A DNA stretch of 64,000 bases from Lepidodermella squamata (taxonomy: Eukaryota > Animalia > Gastrotricha). Positions within the stretch are counted from its first letter, which is position 1; each line of letters starts with the position of its first letter. Shown here piece by piece: positions 13,626 to 26,698 of the stretch. A program made the position numbers and the translations under genes. The DNA lies in NCBI GenBank assembly GCA_047495785.1, contig JBLDXI010000012.1:744001-808000 (forward strand), given 5' to 3'. The notes under the pieces were generated by a model that was given only the letters and a program-made list of their open reading frames with translations, searched no databases and was not told the DNA's origin.

Positions 13626-16600
13626 ATGCGCCGCCGTCGGTCGTGGCTCGAAATAACAGCGTGTAACGGCCGTTGGCTGGTGCTCGGTTGGCTCCTACTT
13701 TTAGCAGCGCTAGTTCAAGCCGAAGTTCAAATACAGAGAATCAGCGACCGAGTCGTGCCCGTACCCGGCGGCAATGTGAAGGGTGTCATCGCGACTATCA
13801 CCGATGAAGGCCCTTTACGCGGCCGTCTCGTTGAACAGTTCTACGGCATTCAGTACGCCTCGGTGCCAGAGCGTTTTCTCCCACCCGAACGGCCGACCGA
13901 TCAGTGGCAGGGTAACCGGATTTTGTGGAACCCGGCGCCGGCTTGCCCGGGCCCGGAATACGGCGCCGGCGCGGAGGACCTGCGCCGGGTTGGCTACAAC
14001 CGGGTGGCTCGGATGCGCCTGAGTGAAGTCATTTCGGCAGCTAAAGTTTTCGATAGCGACATGTATGACTGGGAATCGACATGCCTTAAAATGAACATTT
14101 TCGTTCCATATGGTTGGTTATACTTGATTAATTCTTTTATTCAAAATATATTTAATTATTTCTATTTTTTTTCTCAAGAAAATCGGACAGCTAATCCTAA
14201 TATGAAGCCGAATCCCCGCGCGGTTATCGTGTTTATTCCAGCTGAGTCTTACGAATTCGGTTCGGCTAACGCTTATAATCCTACGCCGCTAGTTGCCCAT
14301 GGCGACATTATTGTTGTGACACTGAACATTCGACACGGTGCTCTTGGTAGGTTTTTTCACTAGTTATTTGGTATTTTCGCTATTTCAGTATAGGTGGTTA
14401 CAATTCCGCTCATGCCTTGCCAATGGGTAACGAATGTTCGGCTGAGGCCGGCCGATCCATCGCCCAGGGTGGGGTTCTCCGTTAGATCGAAGGCAATCTT
14501 GTGCGATGGGTGATTCATCGAACAGCCCTAAATAAAATCGAGAAAAATTGTAGAATTATCTAGAATTTTAGCTAAATTTCTTACTTTGAAGTTCGTAGCC
14601 ACGTTCTGTCGTCCAATTTACTGCTTGGTAATTCGACTCAATGTCGCCGGGTGTCTCCAACTGGGTCCCACCCGTTATCTTACCGGGTAGACCTGACGCA
14701 CGGAAAAAGTCGTCTAACGCCTCGGGGTCAACAGTGCTCTTGCACACCTCAAAATCAATTTTCGGATAGTAATGCATGTAATTCACACACATTTCTTCGG
14801 AAATTGCGAAACCTCCTAGAGTAACTTGCGACCTATCCTCTGTCGTGTCTTCACAGACCGTTATGAGCTCGTCGCCTGGCAAAACAACCTTCTCATCGGG
14901 TAGTAGGCGAATCTCCTGAAAATGGGGTGAATAGTGGTTATCTCGGTTAATTTCCGGTAGTTCGATCCCACTTCGAAGGTGCTTTGTGTAGACTTTTCTA
15001 CCGGTGAGATGAGTATGTAGCTGGGACGCGAATATTTTTATCCCATCCTGTGGAATCGCCGTTTGCGTGCAGTCAGCGATGCAATAGCCTTCCAAGCGGA
15101 AATTTTTCATGCGAGGTGGAATCGCCATTCTAGGGCTGTAGATCAGGCCGACTTCCAGCGTGCCAGCGTCATGTGGGCGCAAATTGCCGGTGTAAACTAT
15201 CTCAATGCCAGACGAATCGACCAGATCTGCCAACTTCTCTGGGTTGTTGTAGTGAACCTCGAGCATCACCCAGGGTGAGAAAGGCGGGTCCTTTTTACCA
15301 GCTCCGATAGGTTTGCCAGCCTCTGCCGGGAAGGTTAGCGGCGGAGCTCCCATTGCCCAGGCCGCGAGAACCTTGGCGCAGTTTTCGAGAATTCGAGGCT
15401 TTTTCCTCGACTGGCACGACCCGCTGTACAGCGGCACCTCCTGCCCGGCTGGTACAACGCAATGAAACAGCTCGATGTGATGCACAAGGGCCTCGTGGCC
15501 TTTTTGAATATGCCCGCCGAATTGAATGATATGCCGCTTTCGAAGCACCATATCATCTGGCAATCGCACAACGTGGCACCAGTATGTTGTTTCATCACTC
15601 GGAACTGCAACTTTGTTGACTGTAACCGCCAGAGTTTTAGCATCTTCCGGCATTTTCGGCAGCTGAATTTGAGGTTTCAGCAGTTGAACGCGTTGAAACC
15701 CGTTTCTAGCCGTTGGCATGCCGTCGTTAGCTATGTCGACCCCGTAAGGGGTTCCCAATGAATAGACAGCCAGGAGATGGGGTGATGAAACAAACACTAC
15801 GTTGGTAGTACCAGCGTCGATTGGGTAGTCATTGCTATCGCATGAATCGAACGGTCTTCGAAAGGTGACTTGCAACTGGTGTTGCGGCACAACGAATCGC
15901 GGCGATTGAATTATCTCGATATTTTGCCTACGGTCTTTGAACAATGTGCCATTGTTGTCGGTGTACGAGTCTTGAATCCAAATTTCTCGGCTTTCGTCTA
16001 AATCACCTTCTGCCCAGAAAATAGAGATCAAATCGGCGTTGAATAGAGTTCCAGTTTCGGAGAAGCCGACGGCGAGGTAGCTTGGCGCTGTTGTAGTCAG
16101 TTGTACGCATAGAAAATATTCAAGCTCCTCCTCTTCGTAATCAATGTTCCAGCTCAGCAAGAAATGCCCGAGTGGGTCGAGATAGAGCTGATATTGATAG
16201 TTGGTCGAAGCCTTGCAGTTGACCTGCTTTCCTTGGTTGATGAGTTCAGGATGATGGCTCGGATTAGCGTTGGCTTGGCCGGTAGCCAGAATGGCCAGCC
16301 AAACTAGAGCTGCCAGCGTCATTTTGAACGGTGATAGGATTAACCTTCTAAAAGCTGGCAGCACCTTTATAAAAAGAAATTATAGAGCACTTATTAGTAT
16401 GAAATCAAACTTGAAAAAGTCGCTGCAAGCTTGAAGGAAGTTTCCAAGTTTCTTGGTACTTGGTTTTCGATGTTGCTCAAATTTTGTTATCTTACCTCCA
16501 GTACTAAGAGAACTAAAGGCCCTTGGGATTCCGGTAATGCTTATGACCTTATTTTTGACAAAAATGACCCGATTTAACGGTAGCGAAAATGATAAATTAA

Positions 16601-19600
16601 TACCTATTTTCAATATATCCGTATGGAGAAAACACTCAGGCCGATTCCTATATAAAACTGTAGTAATGTATGCTCAAGTTGAGATAGAATTTTTATACTA
16701 AATTCTAGTTTGCTAATGAAATTTGGCAAACGATTCTAACAGCGAAAATATTCCATGAAAATTAATTTTAGGATTCCCCCTCATAAAAATTAGTAAACCA
16801 GCTGTCTTTCGGATAAACTTCCCTGTGCGTGCTTTCCCTGGCGTGATCGATCATATGTGCGTGCAATAAGATCAACTTGACACTTGAAACAATTCACAAT
16901 TGAAGTAAAATATTAATTTCCCAAAAAAAACAGGTGTTTGCCGTGGAAGAAAATCGGAATTGTGAAGGTTGAAAACAAATTAGGTTACTAGCCTCGTTGA
17001 GGATTGAAGCGCCCAAATCAAGATCCTTTAGTAAAGAAAAACAGCCTGAATTTACATGCGGCCTAGTGACATCTTTTCCATTTTGAGTTTAGTCGGAGGG
17101 TTAAATTGGGGGAATTTAGGGCGGGCGGGCGTGTGATTTTTTATGAGAATATCTGACACTTTAATCTCCTTTCGTCTAGGCTTTCTCGCTTCCGGCGATC
17201 AGTCGTCGTCAGGCGCCCCCGGCAACATGGCGCTATTCGACGTTGTCTCGGCGCTGCACTGGATCCGCGCAAACATCGCGGCGTTCGGCGGCGATCCACA
17301 CCGAATCACTCTCCTGGGCCACCAACACGCCGCCGCCCTCGTACACCTACTTATGGCCTCGCCTGTTGTCAGAGGTGTGTCATACATGAGCTTATACGTC
17401 CTACAATTTTCTATTCTCGTGTCGTATATAAACAGGAAATCGGCTGTTCCAGCGCGCCATTCTTCAAGGCGGCTCGGCCCTGTCACCCTACGCAATTCAA
17501 TCACTCACCGCCGCTCAGAATTCAATGCTATCCCTCGGTCTGGCCGCTGGTTGTTCCGAGCCTCTTCTGCGTCAAGTTCCTATCCTAATGAGGTGTCTCC
17601 GGAACAAGTAAAAAAAATTTAAAAAATCATTAAAAACCCTTATTTATTCATTATTTCTTGCTAGAACTGTCCAACATTTAGCGAATTTGAACTTGAAACC
17701 AGCCGGAACCGAGGAGGGCTTTCAACCACTTGTATCAGCGTTCGGTCCTACGATAACATCGGGCAATTTGCTCAGCATCGATTTGCAAGAATTGAACGAG
17801 CGCCGCCTGCCGTATGACGTTTTACTCGGCGCCTCAGCTCACAGCGGTGCCGATTTGGTACCGGACGAGTGCTTGTCATCTCGCGGTTGTAACTCGACAG
17901 ATCGCATGCGAATCATCAAATCGCTGGTTAAAATGGTGTTCCATGAAAGCCGGCGGCGAATTATCGACGTTTTGGCGCATCAGTACAAAGATCATAGAAG
18001 ACCGGACGCGCCGGACGCAATTGCGGCTGAGTTGACGAAACTTCTCGGCGACAGCTATGTTGTCGCTCCGCTCATCAAAACTGCGAACATCCAGGCGAAT
18101 AAGGGCCGTGGTAATTCGGTTTATTTTTACGTTCTCGACTACGGCCGGTCGCCGCTGTTCAACAACACCGGCTCTCCGGTTCCACTGCCTGCTATGCCCG
18201 TTTCGCTGCCCGGCGATGAGTTGGCCTACGTTTTCGGAGCGCCGCTGGTGTCGAATCTGCCACCGTTTTCTAACCGGAAATTTTTCCCTGAGGAGCGGTT
18301 TCTTAGCGAGTCGATGATGACGTATTGGTCGAATTTCGCCAAGACTGGCAATCCGAACTCGGCGAGTGCGAAACCGGGTGTTGCAGCGTGGTGGCGGGCG
18401 GTACAGGTGCGGGAGGACATCACGTGGCCGGCGTATACGCCGGAAAGTCGCGAGTTTCTTCGAATCGGTGCTCAGATCGAACCAGACCAGCGCTACAAAG
18501 CTGATATGATGGCGCTGTGGCTTGATCTCATTCCTCGACTTCACTCAGAAAACGGCAACAACCCGGTACGATTTTATATACCGATAAAAATGTTTATAAT
18601 TACTAATTTTATTACTAATAAAATTTAATTAATTTAATTTTAATTACTAACTAATTAATCAATTTTTTAATTTAATAACTTCAATTTAATAATTAATTTT
18701 AATTGATTTAATTTAATTTTTTTATTAAAATGTTTATAAAATATTTTTTAAGGACTCTCCTCCGCCATTATTCCCACCGCCTCCGCCGATGCCACCTCCG
18801 CCTTTGTTCATGACAGAGCCGAGTAGCACCGAGTCGCTTGCTACTCCAGCCGAGGTGGACGCGCCGCCCTCTGCAACGGATCTGGAATTTGCTTCAAAAT
18901 GGCATCGAACACCGCCTCAAATATCGACCACTGCAATTCCAGATCAAACGGTGCAAACGACGCCAGTTGTCACTTTGACGCCTCGAGGTACTATCAAACC
19001 AGGCCGACTGGCTGATGGCATGATAGTGATCAACCCCGAAGAGCTGCCCGAGTGAGTTTATCCTTGAATCCTCATGATAAAATAATATTATTGACGATTA
19101 TTTGCAGTGGGAAAAGTTCGGAAAGGCCTGCTGCAACCACTGAAATCATAATTACTCCGGATATGTTGACCCAATCAGCTAACAGCTGGGTTCCGGTCGT
19201 TATAAGTGGCTCAGATGAAGCAGGTGCTTACCAGCGCCAGCTCAGCTCTACTACGGTGACTGCAGTTCCAGCCGGCCATGGTCACGGTGGTCAGTCTACG
19301 ATAGCCGGAATGTCCCCAGCTCTTGTCGTAACTGTTGCGATCGTCTCTTCGCTACTCATCGGCAATGTCGTGATTTGCATAGTTGTTTACTGCGTTCGCA
19401 GAAAGCGCAGACAGCAGACGAGTGGGGCTGTCGGGGGCGTTGAAACCGGCCTCAAAAAAGGCAAGGGTGCTGCTGCGAAATCACGGACGCCATCTAGCAC
19501 TAAAACAGTTTCAAACGGCCACTTGACTAAGAGCAACTTGAATGGGGCGGCTATGATGGGCTCGAAAGCTAGTAGGAAACTCCCGGAAGACACGCGGCCC

Positions 19601-21291
19601 CTTCACACGGAATCACGCCGGTTCGAAATTCCACTCGAGACTCAAATCGACCTGCCGCCGTTGAACGACGAAATCATCCGGACGTCGAAAATGCAACAAC
19701 AACAGCAACATCAGCAGCAACAGGCGAAAAATGGCGCGATAGCGACGTCTGAATCGTTCGACTGGCGCCGGCAGCAACAGCAAATGAACCAGCGGCCGGC
19801 GCAACTCTCCCCCAGCATTGTGTTGAACGGCGTTGCGCGGAAAAGCCACATCGTCGTGCAAAAGTGCAACTCATCCGGCCGGCTGTCTGTTTCGCTCGAA
19901 GATTTCACGTGTTCCGTTGAGGATATGAACGCGGTCCAGAGTTATCTAGCGACTGAGCCGCTGCCCGAGCCGTCACCGCCGCCGCCTCGCAATCGAAATC
20001 GCGTGTCTAACAACGGTCAGCAGATGCATGAAGACGCGAATCGGTCTCTTTTGATTCGAAGAAATTCGCTGCCGAAACAACTGCAGCTGCAAGGCCTCGA
20101 GCGGCAGTCGCCTCAACATCAACAAAATAATCGCGTGTTGACGATTAGTAGCAACGCGCTGGATCAGCAGCAACAGCAGCATTGCTCCCAGCATTGCAAT
20201 TCAGGGACAATGCCGCGGCCGGCCCCGGCCGACCGTGAGTTGGCGCCGACGTCGGCTATCCGGCTGGTCAACCACTCGCGGCTGGTAACGCCGCCCTCGT
20301 CCTCGTCCGCGTCGGCGTCTGCGGCGAGTCCGCCGACGTCTTCGTCGTCGGCAATGTCGCCTTCGCCGGCGCCTGCGCTGCCTGGCAGCAACCCCGGTGT
20401 TCGATTATCGAATAATGTTAACAGTAACAACACGTGCAGCAAGCACAAGTCGCCGAGCCACCAGGCCGCCGACCAGGCCATCTTCCTTCCCGCTTATCGG
20501 ACGGTTAGTCAGGATACTAACACGCCGTCGCCGATATCGCTGCTCGGCTTCCAACAGCAGGATCGAGCGCTACCTCCTCCCCCGCCTCCGCCTAAGCCCC
20601 GCCAGCTCCTCGCGCGCTACAACCACTATAACCAACAGGTGTGGATGAAATTCTGATGCTTTTCTTAACTAAAACCTAAGCCACTCGAAGTTTCATAGCA
20701 CCCAACTGCAATATCTAGCGAACTAGGACAGGTACAATAAAAGAAGAGATAAATTCCATGCGAAATAATCAAAATTAATCAAAAATCCTCCCTAAAGAAA
20801 TTTTTGAATTCAAGCCTCAATACTGTAAATGAATAGTAAAATGATTGCATCAAGCTTGCTTCCCTTAGTAAATTTAAATGTTGATGGTGAAACCCCGAAA
20901 CTTCGTGTGATGCTGGTTATTTTGTTACCCTCTTATCAGCACTCGAAAAAATAACGCTTTTAATTTCGCTTTGCAAATAACGCAGGTTAAGGTCGTCAAA
21001 TTCTGCGAGGAAACCACCGAAATTCCGCACACGGATGAATCATCATGCCTAGTCGACAGCAACGGCCGCGCCCTGCCTCCCTCGCCACCAATGGAGTCAT
21101 CGCCTCCTTGCGTGCACCGAAAGCTCCCGATGAACCCGGCCGAACAGCAGCAGTTGCTACTGCAACAATCGCAGCAACAGCAACAGCGGCCTGGCGGTGC
21201 CATGACCAGCTGGTCGAAGGTCGCTGTGGAAACGAGCGCGCCGTTACCATCGTCGCCGAAAAAACCTGTCGGCCGCGTTACCGGGTTGTAG
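13626..21291 (+). CDS. Neuroligin-like cholinesterase-fold adhesion protein (catalytically inactive), multi-exon
   Basis: Signal peptide, then carboxylesterase motifs FYGIQYA, DIIVVTLNIRHGALGFL, GNMALFD, WIRANIAAFGGDPHRITLLG, GDELAYVFGAP and MTYWSNFAKTGNPN. The nucleophile site reads GHQHA (no Ser). TM helix LVVTVAIVSSLLIGNVVICIVVYC, long Q/S/P-rich tail, and a last exon 20986-21291 ending in a class I PDZ-type motif VTGL. Confidence 0.85.
14385..16322 (-). CDS. Dopamine/tyramine beta-hydroxylase (copper type II monooxygenase), nested in neuroligin intron
   Basis: DOMON domain, ETTYWC, LVHHIELFHC, AAWAMGA, LEVHYNNP, DSSG, ASQLHTHLTG, RDNHYSPHFQE and EEMCVNY. First ATG (MTLAALVW) at 16322. 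A single intron 14584-14528 leads to a short last exon (RLFDESPIAQDC...NHLY*) ending at 14385. Confidence 0.92.
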
Positions 21292-21888
21292 CGCACTGTC
21301 AGTCATCCATATATTTATAGTCATGAATCTTTTTGTTTCTTTTCGAGAATCTCGTGTTGTTGATCATATTGTTATTATTATTACTGAATTGTTATAATAT
21401 GCAGTTTGAGACGAAAATTATTCTATCATTGCTACACTGCATCTTCTTCGAACGAATGCGTCAATTTTTTTATACAAAACGATACGAAGAATAAACGCGA
21501 AAACTCTGGCAAAGTTTTATTTTATTAACGAAATTAATTCACTTTTCCATAAAAACATATCAAGAAAGGACACGTGGTACTTTTTACACATCAATAAAAA
21601 ATGAACAACGCAATTTAAAACGCGGCAGTTGATCCGTAAAATGACGATGAGGACAAGAAAACAAATGGCCATTTTAAATTGGCTATTGCCAAACAATTAA
21701 CAAGAATTTGAGCGAATTTTTTCAGTTTCTTATAGAACAAACGCACCACATTTCACAGCTAAGACCAACCTAACAAAATTAAAATTAAATTAATTTCAGC
21801 AATAATTGTACTGTTTTACACGATGATGACTAAAAGCTGAATGGCTATTTTTCAGTGGTGTGGGTCAATTTTTCATCATTTTGCAGCG

Positions 21889-23825
21889 TTATCGTGGTAT
21901 TATAAAATCAGTAAAATCAAGTTCTTGTCGCAGACACGCGGTCAGCACGAATTCAACAGAGTAGATCGGCACATGAGGCGCGTAGAGATCACGAAACCAC
22001 GGCGAGTCCATCGGGTTGGCTATTACAACGCTCTTCGGTTTTGCCAAAGTTTCTGGTTCATCATGAGATTTCATCGTCACATCTGAGTTCGAGGCTTGTT
22101 CCTTCGGTATCAACAACGCTTCACTCGGTGGGGGCTTGGTCAAGGTCGTTCCGCCGTTGGTCACGATCAGCATGCGAATAACTGATGGTCGCGGTTGAAT
22201 TGCTGGCGAGATGAAGAAGCTGAGTCCGTCAAACAACTTCCGTTTCGCCGCTTTTTCATGGGCCAGCAAGAGATTGCAACCATATAGCCGCTCATTGACA
22301 GGGTCTCGCAATTGAAATCCACTTTCGGGAAGGAAACCATTATTTAGATAACTCGCTTCGATCCACTCAGGCGCAACGACATATCGACAACAAGTAAACG
22401 CAGCCAGAAATTTCGCGGTAAAAATGATTGAAGGAGCAACAAGGTGAGTACAGTCGTCGGAAATCGAATCAAGCACGTGGCCACCTATAGACCGCACTTT
22501 CATCGTTAAGTCGTAAGCGGCTTTCGCACTGAAGCCGGTAATCATAACATGAGGTTGGTTCGATCCAAGTAAACTATGACTCGTATTCATTGACGTTTTC
22601 AAGGCGTCAGCGGTTGAATGTAGTGATTCCATGCCGGAAATATGCCGGTTGCGGTCTTCTTGTGACTGGGGCTCGCCTAGTCTTCGTTTTAAAGCATCGC
22701 GCGGAACCTATTTCAATACTTAGATGTGCAAAATGACTCGGCAAAATATGAAATTAAACCTTGAGATAATGCTTCCACGGTGAGAATAAATGTCCTATAT
22801 TAACAAGATCTGATTGCTGGAGCCTCAAGTGGCCAGATTCGTCAGCACTGTTCGGCTGCCTCACGACATATTGCTGTGCGACAGGCAGTTTCAATGCTGC
22901 TAAATTTCCGAAATAAATCTGAAAAATCGTAATTTAGGCAGCAATACTTAAAAATAGACAATCTTACGTCTTTCAACCATGACGCATTGACAACTGGAAT
23001 ATTCCACTTGATCGCATTTTCATACTTCGCTCCGCTTGGCTTGGCTGCAATTAGTACGGTATGTCTTGGAGTTAAATGGGTCGTATATATCGCTCCGACA
23101 GCAGCAAGCAATAATCGAGCATCCATGCGGTCAACGCCGGTAAATCCCGTCACTGCAACCAGTAGGTTGGATAGTGGATATGCGGGTGGCATGAACGGAC
23201 AAGGCAAATGTAAAGCTCTAGTTGGCGGGTCCATTCGCTTTGATTTTATGGCATCAGCGAGCCAGTATGCGGTAACCACTCGCCTTACATCGACGATCGC
23301 TGCTCGCGCAGCATCGAGAAACTGACTGGAGCACAATACGTGAGATATTTGGGTAGAATAGGTTTGATCCACCTATAAATGAGAGGAATTTCGAGAATTT
23401 TACATCGTAACCAAAATCCACCATCAAGTATTTATTACCTGGCCTCCTAATTTTCTTATCGAGGAACACCATGTTTCGATCTCACTAGGAGCAATACTCT
23501 GCAGATAATCAGCAGCGATAAAGAATGTGCATCCTAGCATGCAGTGATCAGGAGGGATGTGATCAGCTGGATCGTGGCCCACTGCCTGGGCGAGGAAATT
23601 CCCGGAAGATGTGCCACTTGAACCCGGTAAAGGTGCGGGTGAACTGCGGGCCTCGGAGTGACAAGTGCTGGCTGCTTTACGCGAAGAATTTTGTTCAACT
23701 TGACGAGCGACGTCGGCCAAAATTTGCTTTACTCGCTCATCGCCCGAAGCTCCTGTAGTCCAGGTGTTCTCTGTTGGAGGGTGATATCCCCCAAGATTGT
23801 AACTGAGCATCATATCATAATATGC
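21889..23825 (-). CDS. PAXIP1: PAXIP1/PTIP-like tandem BRCT protein (BRCT3-6 region); 5' end uncertain, possible extra exons to ~25310
   Basis: GHDPADHIPPDHCMLGCTFFIAADY matches the PTIP GHDP..FLLGCVFAIADY motif. Also RVVTAYWL...PPTRALHLP, AKYENAIKWNIPVVNASWL, CTHLVA..FTAKFLAAFTC..VVAPEWI and IYSVEFVLTACLRQELDF. Confidence 0.8.
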
Positions 23826-24229
23826 CTATGAAGTCGAAAAATACTTATCAAATTGTATTAAACTAAAGGGTCTGGCTCTGAGATTTTAGCGATTGAGTAA
23901 TCAATCGAATAATAACTTCTAATGACTTTAGTCATTATCCAGTCATTATAAACATAAATTTCGACTGAGGACAAGGCCTCTGAAGCCATTAGTCTTGGAA
24001 CAATGAACTAAGACGGTCTTTAGCCAAGGTCGCATTTGCTAGTTAGATAAGTATTAAGCATCTAAGAAAACTGTACGGTCTGCGAAGTGCGAAGTCTTTC
24101 TCCTCCTGAAGGCTATCAACTTGCTGACTGCAAATACTATATACGTGAATTTCGCGAGAGAAAATGACCCTCGCGAAAATTGTATTCGCGAAATTTTTAC
24201 GTATTTTAGGGCCGTGTTGTAGCGAGAGG

Positions 24230-24870
24230 TTGGTCCTTCAAATATGTGAGAGTTACCATCACGTTTAACTTCCGCTGGAATAGAGCCGTGACTACGAGGT
24301 CACGCGTGGCCCAAGTCTCAGCTATCGTGAGAAGAAAAGTCTGCATTGGGGAGCTGAAAAGGGAACTGGACACATTAATCATAAATCAACGTGAAAATCT
24401 ATGATATGATCTCTGTAAGATGCTCAACTTAGGACTGAGGGGTGCCTTCGCAGATCCGAAGATCGATAGGCCGTTGCTGAGATCGCATAAATTGGCCTGG
24501 GAGCTGAATTCGTGCAATTCAAAGACGTATTCAAACTTCCTGCAAACTTGAGTCAAAATAGAAATCGATCCAAGCTGAAATGATGAGTCGAACACGACGC
24601 ACAGCGGTGCATCGTAGGCATTACTCGACGAGAACAATTCGAAAAAAGAATCGGCATGCCCGCTTTGTATTCACAAACGGGAATCGTCCCTTTAAAATTA
24701 AGTTTCAAGCAGTTAACGACGAAATTCCTTCGACGCAGTATGGCCATGGTGCCGTCAGTTGCGAGGCTTGTCGTGAGCACCGAACCAGTCCAGCTGTGGG
24801 TGGATCGCCTCTCGGAAAAGTTGTTGCGGACCTCCCCTTGCCAAAAACTGGCAGGCAAGATGATTTAAGG
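24230..24870 (+). mobile_element. Degenerate non-LTR retrotransposon (RT C-terminal/thumb) fragment
   Basis: Broken frames give SFKYVRVTITFNFRWN (cf. FKYLGVTI..L.W) and VEHDAQRCIVGITRRE...ALYSQTGIVPL (cf. LRRILGI...LY..aGi.PL), with in-frame stops. Confidence 0.45.
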
Positions 24871-26698
24871 CAATATATAGTGATTGTTATCAACTGCTAA
24901 TGATAAATATGCGCTGATAGAATAATGACAACGAGTTGTAAAGCCTGATTGCTACACGACGGGCTATTAGTTTTTACTTTGTAATTTTAGAGTTGCAAAT
25001 ATCAGATGAGTGCCCGCTATTTTACAATAAAACCAGAAAATGTTCAAACAAATGATGAGTCTTACATTTTTCAATGATCTCGGTAAGAGTCGTAACGATC
25101 TACGTATCAAAAGCAGCTTTCCTCGGACCTCGGACTGCGGCAACGACTAAAAATGCAATATTTTTCTAAAACTAACCGAGCTTGTGAAATCACATATCTG
25201 GGAAAGATTTTGCCACACAAGGCGGCTGTCATGGTAGAAAAGCTTGGAATAATTGTCTCGGGTTACAAGCACATCATTGGTCCGAGCGTCTCGTTTGATA
25301 AATTGATACATACAAATCTTTCCTTCTAAGAGATCGAATTCGAGAACTGATCCAAGTCAGAACAGGCTCTGCGGTCAAGGCTTTCTAATTTCTCTCGGCG
25401 TGGATCTCTCATAGCGATTAGATGTGTTGAATGCGGCGAACAGGCATCGATTTCGATGGTAACAGGTCATCTAACGTAAGACTGCACAGGCTGTACGATT
25501 CCAGATATCTTCAGAACGATGCATCAGCCAGATGTCAACTTCTGGGACCTCACAAATGCTGCAGAACGACATCAGAAGAGAACTTCCGAGTTCCGCGGCA
25601 ACCGAAAGAGTGGGCAGTTAATTCAAGGCACCGCAAACAGGATAATTGCCGGCGAATAGCCGGTGATAATTTTCATTTATTTTTCGCTTTATTTGAGTAA
25701 TATTTATGGCAAATGATTTTTTAGACGATCCTGATATCCAAATATGCCTTATTTTTAACTTTTTCGAAAAAAAATAATTTTCTGTTACTGGGGTTGGGCG
25801 TCTGTCTCAAGTCCCGGCCCTTTTTGCTGGCATCGCTTGGGTAGGCTGCGTTAAGTGTTTGACTTTCGACCAAAAACGCCTTTTTTTCTTCGATTTTCTT
25901 CTGGGATGTGAGACGGCAAGATTCTAGCCCAGAAGCAGGAAGCAGAAGCAGGTGATGCGGTTACCCGTATTAAAGTTTTCAGTGCCTTAAGCCTTAAGGC
26001 GACAACGTCTTCGCCATTCCCATTGATTTGAAAACTCTTGATGCTTGCAGGCGGCTGTTCATTGCAACAAGAGCAAGATTTTGTATCACATACTGTTAAC
26101 CGGCCCCGGAATGACGACGGTGGCCAAGATATCAGATATCACCGAGAAAGCCTTTTGAGCAAAGCCCAAGAAAGAGGCCGAGAAGTCCGGGTGTTGGGTG
26201 TTGATCTGAATGCCAACGAAGTGGGGCGCAATAGCGGTTTGTTATCGCAGGGTGTCGACGACCGTAAAAATGTGAAACGATTGAGCGGATTCGGGCCTTG
26301 GTTTCCCAGCTGCTGTTGTCAGCGGCGTAGTATGATTTTGAAAAATTTTTGCTTTCTGCCTTCCCCGGGCAGTGGCCGAGTCTTTGTTGTATTGTTTGCT
26401 GTTGGAGTCGAGTCGTTTGTGTATGGAACGCATAATACCCATGTAGATGATATTTTCTGAATGTCTATTCGATATTTGGTGTATTTAGAGCGATGTAGGG
26501 GCAAATTGGATGTATAGAAAGATGGCTTGATATCTCACTAAGTTGATACTACAATTAATCTTGATGACTCATGACGCCTCTGGTTGTCCCTAGTTTCATA
26601 AATGATTGGAAATTTTCCATTTAATTTAGAATTTTAAGTACAGTTCTGTAAAAATACAGCTTATGTACGCATGCGACAGCTATTAGCTAATATTTAAA

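Noticed and set aside
13626-18628. Active acetylcholinesterase/carboxylesterase
   Set aside because: No GxSxG serine (GHQHA), and it has a TM plus PDZ-type tail, which fits neuroligin-like proteins.
17814-21320. Many overlapping antisense/alternate-frame ORFs (e.g. 17876-18544)
   Set aside because: Shadows of GC-rich neuroligin exons with no independent motifs.
25760-26510. Possible gene or retroelement RNase H remnant between PAXIP1 and USP12/46
   Set aside because: Frames are short and interrupted, and no motif could be supported.
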